Positions 28,601 through 39,731 of a DNA stretch of 64,000 nt are shown here, piece by piece. Under the pieces are notes generated by a model. The model saw only the letters and a program-made list of their open reading frames with translations, made no database searches and was not told where the DNA came from. The stretch's first letter is position 1. The number at the start of each line of letters is the position of its first letter. A program made the translations under genes and the position numbers. Origin of the DNA: Mobula hypostoma (taxonomy: Eukaryota); contig NC_086097.1 of NCBI RefSeq assembly GCF_963921235.1, positions 113,462,001 to 113,526,000 of the forward strand. The letters are read 5' to 3'.

Positions 28601-30166
28601 TATTTAAGAAGGGGGCAAGGAAGCAAAAAGGAAATTATAGACCTGTTAGCTTGACATCGGTAGTTGGGAAGTTGTTGGAGTAGATTGTCAAGGATGAGGT
28701 TACGGAGTACCTGGAGGCATATGACAAGATAGGCAGAACTCAGCATGGATTCCTTCAAGGAAAATCCTGCCTGACAAACCTATTACAATTTTTTGAGGAA
28801 ATTACCTGTAGGCTAGACAAGGGAGATGCAGTGGATGTTGTATATTTGGATTTTCAGAAGGCCTTTGACAAGGTGCCACACATGAGGCTACTTAACAAGA
28901 TAAGAGCCCATGGAATTATGGGAAATTTACATACGTGGATAGAGCATTGGCTGATTGGCAGGAAACAGAGAGTGGGAATAAAGGGATCTTATTCTGGTTG
29001 GCTGCCGGTTACCAGTGGTGTTCCACAGGGGTCCGTGTTGGGGCTGTTTCATTTTACATTGTACATCAACGATTTTGATTATGGAATAGATAGCTTTGTG
29101 GCTAAGTTTGCTGATGATACGAAGATAGGTGGAGGGGTTGGTAGTGCTGAGGAAATGGACAGTCTGCAGAGAGACTTGGATAGATTGGAAGAATGGGCAG
29201 AGAAGTGGCAAATGAAGTACAATGTTGGAAAGTGTATGGTTATGCACTTTGGCAGAAAAAATAAATGGGCGGACTATTATTTAAATGGGGAAAGAATTCA
29301 AAGTTCAGAGATGCAACGGGACTTGGGAGTCCTCGTACAGGATACCCTTAAAGTTAACCTCCATGTTGAGTCAGTAGTGAAGAAGGCGAATGCAATGTTG
29401 GCATTCATTTCTAGAGGAATAGAGTATAGGAGCAGGGATGTGATGTTGAGGCTCTATAAGGCGCTGGTGAGACTTCACTTGGAGCACTGTGGACAGTTTT
29501 GGTCTCCTTATTTAAGAAAGGATGAGCTGACGTTGGAGAGGGTACGGAGAATATTCACTAGAATGATTCCGGGAATGAGAGGGTTAACATATGAGGAACG
29601 TTTGTCCACTCTTGGACTGTATTCCTTGGAGTTTAGAAGGATGAGGGGAGACCTCATAGAAACATTTCGAATGTTGAAAGGCATGGACAGAGTGGATGTG
29701 GCAAAGTTGTTTCCCATGATGGGGGAGTCTAGTACGAGAGGGCATGACTTAAGGATTGAAGGGCACCCATTCAGAACAGAAATGCAAAGAAATTTTTTTA
29801 GTCAGAGGGTGGTGAATCTATGGAATTTGTTGCCACAGGCAGCAATGGAGGCCAAGTCATTGGGTGCATTTAAGGCAGAGATTGATAGATATCTGAGTAG
29901 CCAGGGTATCAAAGGTTATGGTGAGAAGGCAGGGGAGTGGGACTAAATGTGAGAGTGGATCAGCTCATGATAAAATGGCGGAGCAGACTTGATGGGCCGA
30001 ATGGCCGACTTCTGCTCCTTTGTCTTATGGTCTTATGGTCTTTTCCGTTCCTGCATCGGCCATGCTCCGCCCTCGCAAAGTGTTTTTTTTCAAATTCTCT
30101 TTTTTTAAAGAAAATATCGTAAACTTTCTAACATGACATCTTTGGGTTTAATTATCCTGGGTTGCA
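25661..30166 (-). repeat. 3' LTR of the Gypsy element (pieces about 25661-26700 and 30041-30166)
   Basis: About 85% similar by eye to 34361-34597 + 36928-37095; its end aactttctaacatgacatctttgggtttaattatcctgggttgca matches 37121-37165. Confidence 0.85.
26705..30040 (+). mobile_element. CR1 LINE: ORF1 3' end (SGNH esterase-like) and near-complete ORF2 (APE endonuclease + RT) with premature stops
   Basis: NAWLRDWCRGQGFRFLDNW..DRLHLN; YLNA.SIRNK, ETWL, IYRPP, VGDFN; YLDFQKAFDKVPH, KFADDTK; (TCTTATGG)n tail. Confidence 0.97.
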
Positions 30167-30178
30167 CCCTTCCCCTTT
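30167..30178 (-). other. Polypurine tract of the Gypsy element
   Basis: AAAGGGGAAGGG on the - strand, immediately before the TG start of the 3' LTR. Confidence 0.8.
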
Positions 30179-30349
30179 GAATTTATGCAAGTCCCATTGC
30201 ATACGGCTACCGGTTGCACTGTAATGGGTTTGCGGTGTTCTTCATCTGTGAAATTTGTAAGAGTTTCTACAATAGTTGAGCTCAGAACTTGGAAACGTGA
30301 CTGAATTACAGTCACTAAAGGATTTCCTAGCTCAGCATATGTTCGAGTT

Positions 30350-32680
30350 CTAGGGTTTTGTGTGTCTAGAAAACCTTCTGAGTTCAGGCTCTTCTTTGTG
30401 AGAATTTTCATTTGTCATGTCTTTTCTAGTCAACACTTCATCATGTGTTTCTGTTTTTTTTTGTTGAATCTCAAACTCATTTGGGATTGACAAAATTTCC
30501 ATACTTCTGCCATCAGGTGGGATATACAGATTATGCAATTCCTCATTTGTTGTTTCTTCCACAGGGTTTTCTTCAGGACTGACAGGTAAGTTACTTTCTA
30601 CAATGGGTTCCTGTACATCAGGTAAGGAACTTGCATTTCTTTGGGATTCTAGCACTTTTTTCTGCCACCAGAGTGGTTGTAAATGGGTGCTTCGGGCTTG
30701 AGTTGGAGCCCACAGTTCAGTGTAACTGTTCACAGGATTGTCGACTCTCAGAAGGTTCATCTACAGTGTCAGGTCTTGGTCTGAGGTAATAAACCTTCTC
30801 CTCGACTTCTTCAGTCAATTGGATTTTCTTCCTCTTCAATTGACTGTTCATTGTTAGTACCACGAGTTGTGTACTTGTGAACAGGGACAGGAGGAAGTTG
30901 TACAGTGTCCTCAGAAGGAAGAAATCCACAAGGGAGCAATAGATCCCTATGTAATGTTCGTATGGGCCCAGACTGGTTCTCAGGACGTACCTTGTAAACA
31001 GGCAGATCACCAACTTGGCTCACCACTCCATAGCTATTTCTTCCCATTTAGCACCAAGTTTGCTTTTACCTCGTGGATGCACATCCCTTAGTAGCACTCG
31101 GTCTTCTTCCTTCAGCTCTGAAGCTATCACATGTTTATCCCTTTTGCCAATCACCTGTCCAGCTCTTGGCTCCATCCCTCCCCCTCCTGTCTTCTCCTAT
31201 CATTTTGGATCTCCCTCTCCCCCTCCCATTTTCAAATCTCTTACTAGCTCTTCGTTAGTACTGACGAGGGGTCTCGGCCCGACACGCCGACTGTACCTCT
31301 TCCTATAGATGCTGCCTGGCCTGCTGCGTTCACCAGCAACTTTGATGTGTGTGGCTTGAACTTCCAGCATCTGCAGATTTCCTCGTGTGTACATGTTTAT
31401 CATATCTAGCCTTGTTTCGGTTTGCCATTTTCTGTGAGTTCCCCATAGCTATCTTGATCCTTTCCTCAAGATGAGATTTCAAATTTTGTACATACTGAAA
31501 ATGTGATTTATCATCTATGCCTTTCAAGGGCATTCCAAAAGCTAAGTCAACTGGAAGTCTGGGTTGTCATCTGAACATCAATTCATAGGAACTAAAGCCA
31601 GTCACCTCACTCCTAGTACAATTATAAGCATGGGCTAAGAATTTCACAAATTCTCACCAGTGACTTTTATCTTTCATCTCCAGGGTTTCCACCATATCTA
31701 AGAGGGTCCTGTTAAACCTCTTGACAGGGTTTCCTCTATAATGATATGGTGTAGTTTTGACTTTTTGAATTCCAGCTATCTCACACAATTATTTAATCAG
31801 GTGGAATCAAAGCCCTCTATCGCTGTGCAGTCGCTCGGGATAACCATAATGCGAGATGAAATGCTCCCATAGGCACTTTGCAACTGTCTTGGCTTTTTGG
31901 TTAGGTGTAGGAATAGCCAAAGCATATTTAGGGAAATGATCAGTTATTACTAACACTATTACTAGTTGTGTTACTTTGATCGGGTTCTAATGTAAGAAAG
32001 TCCATACAGACCAGCTGCAAGGGTTGAGACATCACAATATTCACTAACGGAGAAGCTTTCTCAGGCAAGATCTTTCTTCTTACGCATCGACCACATGTTT
32101 TAATCTTGTGTTCTACATGAGCAGCCATCTTGGACCAATAGGATCGGCTTCTGACTAAATCCAGGGTACGATCAATACCCATGTGACGAAAGTCATCGTG
32201 AAGACTCTTAAGTACCTCAATTGAAACTTTTCAGGTAAAACAAGCTGATATGTTGTTTTATCTCTGGTTAATCTTTTTCTGTAGAGAAATCTGCCTTTCA
32301 GCTCTAGATGATCCCATTCTCTGGGAAGGTAGGAGAGTCTGGGGATTGTGTTTCTCACTGAAGGGGATCATTTTCCTCCAGCTTCCATCTGATTGATACC
32401 TTCCCTAATACAAGGATCTGCTGACTGGGAGTCCGTAATCTCAGCATCAGAGAGATGAGAAATGACTGGTAATCCCCCACACTGATTTTCTTGTGCCTAA
32501 CTGTCAGGAATAGCACTTGAATGCTCGTTAAGGATCGAACATATGCAATGGCAAAATCTGCAGCAGGCTCTGTTTCTTGGATAAGATGACTCTCACATAT
32601 AGTTTGCACAATGTCAGTCCCCATCTGTCCTGCAACAGGACCTGCTTCTAATTTGAAATGAGGCTTACGAGTGCCACGAC
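30350..32680 (-). pseudogene. Gypsy pol remnant (end of RNase H, integrase zinc finger/core/C-terminal region), fragmented
   Basis: MGIDRTLDLVRSRSYW...CGRC, PLQLVCMDFL, LHSD core, YKVRPE..GPIRTLHRDLLLPC; several frameshifts and stops. Confidence 0.88.
31140..31390 (+). mobile_element. Penelope-tail repeat inserted in Gypsy pol, 11-bp TSD
   Basis: ACATGTTTATC at 31129-31139 and 31391-31401; degenerate hammerhead motif at 31257-31292. Confidence 0.88.
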
Positions 32681-32889
32681 TCGACTCCCACTCGCTCCGT
32701 CTCTTTTCAAGCTGTCTTCTATTTTCTGCTACTAATGCCAGATTTGGTTCATAGCAGCAAGAGCTGGCTATGTGCCCATCTTTACCACATTATCCTCTGT
32801 GTCAGCCTTTCTTTTTGGTGACATATCAGTTGCTCGTTTTTCCCTTCTGCAGTTTTGTAACTTGTAGAGCAGCTAGTTGACTTTGAAGC

Positions 32890-34187
32890 TCAGCTTTGTT
32901 CCGTCAGTTGAGAAGTAATTGAAATTAGCTGTGCTACATCATCTTCTTTACAGGCACCTGTGGTCTGAGACTGTGTAACAGCATGTGGTTTGACAGGTCC
33001 TAAATGCTGTTTCATGCGTGTGGTTCGAGAAGCATACTTGTCTTCCTCGGTGCGTAGAAATGTCAATAGTTCAGTAAATGATGGTGGGTTTTGTTTTTTC
33101 AGTTCCAATTGCAGCTCCAAAATTCGGGAGTGGTCCCAACATCCCCTACAAAACTGCCTTAAGATATGCTTGTTAGCCTCAGTTTTGGCAACTCCACCTC
33201 GCTTTACAGTCAGTGTCAATGCTACTTGTAGTTGCTGTAGGTAGGGGGATAGTTTTTCACTTGTGTTCTGCACCGTGTTCATGAATTTGGTGAATAATTC
33301 ATCACCATCTTCCACGGTGGCAAAAGCTGAGTCTAGAAGTTGTACATAAATAGCAGGTGAAGCTCCAGGGCTTATTGACTTGACGAAGTCAGTAGCTGGT
33401 GGAAGAATACTTTCACATATTTTCCGTGTTCTATAAAGACCAAACACACTTGGGTCTTGCAAGAGCAGTTCAACACTAGCACGCCAAGTCTCATAATCCG
33501 CCTCATTAGGTGGACGAGGGGTTCTACCAGAAAAGGTTTGGAGCCTTACTGGTGGATTGCCATGAACCATCAAGTCATTACTGCGCACAATGTGCTCCTC
33601 TACGACTCTCTGAATATCTGGAGGGTTTATATCACTGGGAGAGAGGGATGGGTTCACTGCAACTCCATTAGTTTGTATTTCAGGGACTGAGTTATTCTGC
33701 ATAGCAGACACAGCTGTTTCTGGCTGGTTAGTATCAGAGGAGTCTGCTCTGAATTGAAGAGTTCTGGTCTTATTATGTACATCGTCAGCAGTTTCAACAG
33801 TGACTGTTTCCCTACTCTCAATAGTAAGGGTTTCACTGATCTGGGTTAACATCTCTCTCAAGATTTCATTATAATCTTTCCCACTGCACTTCACTAAGGT
33901 TTTCAACTCACCAAGGTAATCTTGAGTGGTGTCTTTTTCAACTTTCTGAGTGTAAACACTGGCTAAAGTAACTGCACAGTAAAAAACATTTTGGTCACGC
34001 GTGCCTGTTGAGTGTACGGTAGGAAGAGCTGGAGATCTTGCACTGCAGAGTCAAAATGATACTCTACTATGAGGGACTGGGGAAATTCTTCACCGGGATC
34101 GGTTAGACGAATAACTATGGCAACTGAACCATATACTTTAAGAAAGTCCAGTATTTCCTCATCTTGTTCTATTCCTGTTAATGCCAT
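32890..34187 (-). pseudogene. PNMA (Ma antigen)-like Gypsy gag, frameshifted (ORFs 33963-34187 and 32890-33906)
   Basis: LQTFSGRTPRPPNEADYETW...CESILPPA...LDSAF...QFCRGCWD...PPSFTELL..LRTEE is the PNMA-type capsid signature. Confidence 0.88.
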
Positions 34188-34331
34188 TGACTAAAACAGC
34201 ATTTGGGATTTCCTTTATGACTTACATTTTCTTTCACTGTAGGACTTAATTGAACAAGTGAGTTTGAAAAATAATATTCTTTTAGTGCTTTGTATACTGA
34301 TTGGTGTGCTACTGTTTATCTAATACACTGC

Positions 34332-34349
34332 CTCCTGGCTGGCTCGGCA
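34332..34349 (-). other. Primer-binding site, tRNA-Arg(ACG)
   Basis: + strand CTCCTGGCTGGCTCGGCA matches the vertebrate tRNA-Arg(ACG) 3' end CTCCTGGCTGGCTCGCCA at 17/18 nt (tRNA sequence from memory); 7 nt from the LTR terminus. Confidence 0.85.
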
Positions 34350-34356
34350 AGTTTCA

Positions 34357-37165
34357 TGTAGCATCTGTGTAGCACCGGTTTTATCATGTGAGGCTAGTCC
34401 CTGCACTCCTTAAGAAAATCAGATTGCACTAGTTGCTAGTAGACCATCAGAAGATTCTGGTATCGGAAGGAGGCAGTGACTAGAAAAACCACACACTTCT
34501 GGAAATAAGGTTTGTTTGTAAGAAAAAAACAGTATGTACAAAATATTTATATGAGCAAGAACAATTCAAAATTCTAACACTCTATTTAGGTTCCAAACAG
34601 AAACACAGAAACATAGAAAACCTACAGCACAATACAGGCCCTTCAGTCCACGAAGCTGTGCCGAACACGTCCTTACCTTAGAAATTACCCAGGGTTGCCC
34701 ACAGCCCTCCATTTTTCTGAGCTCTGTGTACCTGTCCAGAAGTCTCTTAAAACACCCTATCGTATCCGTCTCCACCATCATCGAGGGAAGCCCATTCCAT
34801 GCACTCAGCACTCTCTCCATAAAAAACTTACCCCTGATATCTCCGCTGTACGTACCTACTTCCAAGCACCTTAAAACTGTGCCCTCTCGTGCTAGTCATT
34901 TCAGCCCTGGGAAAAAGCCTCTGACTATCCACATGATCAATGCCTCTCATCATCTTATACACCTCTATCAGGTCACCTCTTATCCTCCATCACTCCAAGG
35001 AAAAAAGGCCGAGTTCACTCAACTTATTCTCATAAAGTATGCTCCCCAATCCAGGCAACATCCTTGTAAATCCTCTCTGCACCCTTTCTATGGTTTCCAA
35101 ATCCTTCCTATAGTGAGGCGACCAGAACTGAGAGCACAGTACTCCAAGTGGGGTCTGACCAGGGTCCTATATACTGTAACTGCAACATTACCTCTCGGCT
35201 CCTAAACTCAATCCCACGATTGATGAAGGCCAATGCACTGTATGCCTTCTTAACCACAGAGTCAACCTGCGCAGCAGCTTTGAGTGTCCTGTGGACTCGG
35301 ACCCCAAGATCCCTCTGATCCGCCACACTACCAAGAGTCTTACCATTAATGCTATATTCTGCCATCATATTTGACCGACCAAAATGAACCACCTCACACT
35401 TATCTCGGTTGAACTCCATCTGCCACTTCTCAGCCCAGTTTTGCATCCTATCAATGTCCCACTGTAACCTCTGACAGCCCTCCACACGATCCACAACACC
35501 TCCAACCTTTGTGTCATCAGAAGATTTACTAACCCGTCCGTCTACTTTTTCATCCAGGTCATTTATAAAAATCACGAAGAGGAGGGGGTCCCAGAACAGA
35601 TCCCTGAGGCACACCACTGGTGACTGACCTCCATGCAGAATATGACCCATTTTACAACGACTCTTTGCCTTTTGTGGGTTAGCCAGTTCTGGATCCACAA
35701 AGCAATTTACCCTTGAATCCCATGCCTCCTTACTTTCTCAAGTAGCCTTGCATGGGGTACCTTATCAAATGCCTTGCTGAAATCCATATGCACTACATCT
35801 ACTGCTCTACCATCATCCATGTGTTTAGTCACAATCTCAAAAAATTCAATCAGGCTTGTAAGGCACAATCTGCCTTTGACAAAGCCACACTGACTATTCC
35901 TAATCATATTATGCCTCTCCAAATGTTCATAAATCCTGCCTCTCAACTTACCAACCAAGTGAAGTAAGACTCACTGGTCTATAATTTCCTGGGCTATCTC
36001 TACTCCTTTCTTGAATAAGGGAACAACATCCGCAACCCTCCATCCTCTGGAACCTCTCCCATCCCCATTGATGATACAAAGTCATTGCCAGAGGCTCAGC
36101 AATCTTCTCCCTCACCTCCCACAGTAGCCTGGGGTACATCTCATCCAGTACCAGTGATTTATCCAACTTGATGCTTTCCAAAAGCTCCTGCACATCCTCT
36201 TTCTTAAAATCTACATGCTCAAACTTTTCAGTCCGCTGTAAGTCATCCCCACAATTGCCAAGATCCTTTTCCACAGTGAATACTGAAGCAAAGTATTCAT
36301 TAAGTACCTTTGCTATCTCCTCTGATTCCATACACACTTTTCCACTATCACACTTGATTGGTCCTAATCTCTCACGTCTTATCCTCTTGCTCATCACATA
36401 CTTGTAGAATGCCTTGGGGTTTTCTTTAATCCTGTCCGCCAAGGCCTTCTCATGGCCCCTTCTGGCTCTCCTAATTTCTTTCTTGAGCTCCTATCTGCTA
36501 GCCTTATAATCTTCTAGATCTCTATCATTACCTAGTTTTTTTAACCTTCTGGAAGTTCTTTTTTTCTTCTTGACTAGATTTACAACAGCCTTTGTACACC
36601 GCAGTTCCTGTACCCTACCATCCTTTCCCTGTCTCATTGGAACGTACTTATGCAGAACTTCACACAAATATCCCCTGAATATTTGCCACATTTCTTCCAT
36701 ATATTTTCCTGAGAACATCTGTTTCCAATCTATGCTTCCAAGTTCCTGCCTGATAGCCTCATATTTTCCCTTACCCCAATTAAACACTTTCCTAACTTGT
36801 CTGTTCCTATCCCTCTCCAATGCTATGGTAAAGGAGATAGAGTTGTGATCACTATCTCCAAAATGCTCTCCCACTGACAGATCTGACACCTGACCAGGTT
36901 CATTTCCCGATACCAGATCAAGTACAGATCTTAGATATCAAACCACAACAAATTCCATTTTAATTAGGATCCAAGAGATTCCTTTATTACTCTAATCTCT
37001 CTAACTAATTAGATCTAGTGTTATTCCCTAGTTAAAAGTTTACAAACTAAACTTTCCTTTTTACTTATCCCTAGTTAGTTAAAAAAACAAATATCCTTCT
37101 TTTTATCCTTCTGCAGGTGGAACTTTCTAACATTACACCTTTGGGTTCAATTAATCTGGGTTATA
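34357..37165 (-). repeat. 5' LTR of the Gypsy element (pieces 34357-34597 and 36928-37165, internally deleted)
   Basis: Begins TGTAGC next to the PBS; collinear with the left LTR on both sides of the CR1 insert. Confidence 0.85.
34598..36927 (-). mobile_element. CR1 LINE ORF2 (5'-truncated, frameshifted) inserted in the 5' LTR
   Basis: GDSDHN, IKENPKAFYKY, MDFSKAFDKVPH, DDTKVGG; tail (cayagaaa)n at 34598. Confidence 0.95.
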
Positions 37166-37252
37166 CATAGATGCTGCCTGGCCTGCTGAGTTCCTCCAGC
37201 ATTTTGTTTCTGTTGCTTGGATTTCCAGCATCTGCAGATTTTCTCTCGTTTG
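37166..37252 (+). repeat. 3' half of a Penelope-tail repeat whose 5' half (25636-25662) lies left of the Gypsy element
   Basis: tgaagggtctcggcctgaaacatcaac | Gypsy | catagatgctgcctggcctgctgagttcctccagc. Confidence 0.7.
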
Positions 37253-37971
37253 TGACACAGCCTCATGGTGAGGAGCCTGGGTCTACACTGAAGAGAAAAA
37301 TACTCGAGGTAATTAAGTAAGCATATGAGACTTGTGATGTAACTGTCCTGATAACATCCTAGATGGAAAACTAACAAAACTGCTTATTTTATTTGATGGG
37401 CTTCCGACTTTTCATAGGCCTGAGAATTTTATAAAGCTGCTCACCACTGTCTAAAACCACATTTCTCTTCACCTTTCCCCTTCCTCACTGAGAAAATCCT
37501 GTCCTTCTACTGTGAATAAAGGAAAAATCGTATAGTACATTGATGACCAGAAGCAGGCCATTCAGCCCATCAGTTCTACTCCACCATTCAATCATGGCTG
37601 TCTTATTATCCCTTTCAACCCCATTCTTGTGCCTGTATTAAAGTTGTCACTAATCAAAAACCAATCAATCTTTAAATGTAGCCAATGGCTTTGGCCTCCA
37701 CAGACGTCTGCGGTAATGAATTCCACAGATTCACCCCACACGGGACAAATAAATTCCTCCTCACCTTTGTTCTAAAGGGACGTCCTTCTACTCTGAGGCT
37801 GTGCCCTCTCCTCCTAGTCTAATGTCTAACTGTTCCTCATGGTCATGCAAGAGATCAGCGGGATTCACCAACCTCCTCGGTCCAAACGCTTCCCGGATCC
37901 CCAAACGAAAATGAGCGTTCACAGCTATACCTTCCAACACTGTAAGGTCAAAGTAAAAACATAAACGTTAC

Positions 37972-38079
37972 CCTTTCCTCATCATCTCGCTGACGCATGG
38001 ATCTTTTCTTTCCGGACTCGGCGCCAAATAACGGCAGAATGAGCCAGGCGAAGAGCACCAGTCGAGCTAGAGAGCCCAT
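37972..38079 (-). CDS. CTHRC1: CTHRC1 coding exon 1 (signal peptide, 36 aa)
   Basis: MGSLARLVLFAWLILPLFGAESGKKRSMRQRDDEER|gtaacg; hydrophobic signal peptide plus the RQR motif of CTHRC1; phase 0 joins exon 2; lies in a CpG-enriched segment. Confidence 0.88.
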
Positions 38080-38420
38080 GTCGGGAGATACGAGGATATC
38101 ACACCCGGGAGCTAAACTCGGAGCAGAGAACTTGCTTCGAACCGCCCCCCCGACCCAACCTCTGGCTCTCAGGAGTGCCTGAGCCGAACTCCCGAGAGGC
38201 TGTACTTCACAGCACACGCAGAGTGGGAATGCTTTAGAGTTTCAGAGTCACAGATTAATCTTTGTTGGGAAATATAAATTTTTTTGTTGGAATGAAAATA
38301 AAGACACGTTGTAAAAACAAGTTTGCGGTTGGCAGTGTCTGGCCAGGATATAGATTTTACGTTCAGAACTGCCGCTCGTGTTTTCGAGAACAAAGACCGA
38401 TCTGTTCGTCGACACTGATC
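38080..38420 (-). promoter_or_regulatory. Putative CTHRC1 5' UTR / CpG-enriched promoter
   Basis: Non-repetitive, CpG-retaining sequence upstream of the ATG; contains GGAATG (TEAD-type) at 38226 and 38289 and TGCGGT (RUNX-type) near 38324; TSS unknown. Confidence 0.5.
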
Positions 38421-39449
38421 CAACGTGAATGCAGTTTTCAGTATGGATATTATAAACGTGGCATTTCACAGATTTAGGCAGAACACAATTCGCAAATGAT
38501 AGGATGCACAAACAGAAATTTTGTAAAGAACCAGAGCTCCACTGCGAATTGCTGGTATTCATCTTTGTTGGCAGAGCATTTTAATCAGTTGGTTGGCACC
38601 TTCGCCCCGTGGTCCTGTTAGAATTGCTAATATTACTTTCAGCCAATTGTGTTAGCTGTAGCAGGTTTAAAGCGTTTATGCTGGAAGGTAGGCTGGCGAG
38701 GGGGAAAGATCAGGACTATTAAATCCTCAGAACCTGTTTCACCGGGGTTTGGAGGGCTATGACAGTGTGGAATGAGCTGCCAGCAGAAGTGGTGGGTGAG
38801 GGTTCAATCTCAACATCTAAGGGAAGTTTGGGTAAGTACCATGAAAGGGAGCAGTATGGAGGACAATGCCCTGGTGGGATTAGGCAGATTAATAGTTCAT
38901 CAGAGATTAGATGGCTGAAAGGACTCTCTGTGCTGAAGTGCTCAATGACTCTAATCTTGGGATGGGAGGTTATTTGGCCCATTATGTCCACCTCATTTGA
39001 ACAAAACAGTCCTTGCATTGTTCTAGTCCACAGCTCGGTTGGTTATGGTTCTTCATGTGCTCTTCCAGGTACGGTTCAAATGTGCTTTCTGCCTCAACTG
39101 TACCCTCAGAAAGTGAGCTTCACACCTCACCAGCCACTGAGTGACTATTGCTTTCTGAACAACCTTTGGCCATTAGTTATTGATCCCCGGCGAAGGCGTA
39201 TTCCATTTAGTGTAGTCCAATTCTCACACAGCTTTGTGGAGCCCAGCTAAACCTCTCCTGTGTTTGCAATGAAAACCATCCAGCCGAGATAAGCCACTTT
39301 GCATACCTATAATTCTCCAGTAATAGCAACATCATCATAAATCATTTCTGCACTCTCTTAGCAGTAGCAAGCCTTTCAAGCAGCCACAATGTGTTTTAGT
39401 TTCATCCTAATTAGACTTAGCATGAGCTCAGCTCTCTATTCATTCATTT

Positions 39450-39690
39450 ATTTATTGAGATACAGTGTGGAATAGGCCCTTCTGGCCCCTTGAGCTGCAC
39501 CACCCAGCAATACCCCAATTTAACCCCAGCCTAATCATGGGGCAATTTACAATGACTGATTAACTTACCAACTCATAGGTCTTTGGAGGAAACCCACGTG
39601 GTCAGAGGGAGAACGTACTCTTCCAGGCAGTGGCGGGAATTGAGCTCGGCTTGTCTGTGCTGTGCTGACCACTACACTACCATACCACCT
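39450..39690 (-). mobile_element. HE1-like V-SINE (degenerate)
   Basis: CR1-like tail and V-domain reverse complement (ggaggaaacccacgtggtcagagggagaacgtac). Confidence 0.65.
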
Positions 39691-39731
39691 TAGTACTGGA
39701 AATTAAACTGATTCATTGTTGTTTTCCTAAA

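Larger units (their letters stand above)
25661..37165 (-). mobile_element. Gypsy (Metaviridae) LTR retroelement in CTHRC1 intron 1, internally deleted, with nested insertions
   Basis: Paired LTRs (about 25661-30166 and 34357-37165, each split by CR1), PBS, PPT, PNMA-like gag, CCHC-like remnant (CGKDGHIASSC) and integrase remnants. Confidence 0.9.

Noticed and set aside
37948..38217. 89-aa ORF as an N-terminally extended CTHRC1
   Set aside because: The upstream start is non-ATG; the first ATG (38079) directly precedes the signal peptide, and the ORF runs past the donor site.
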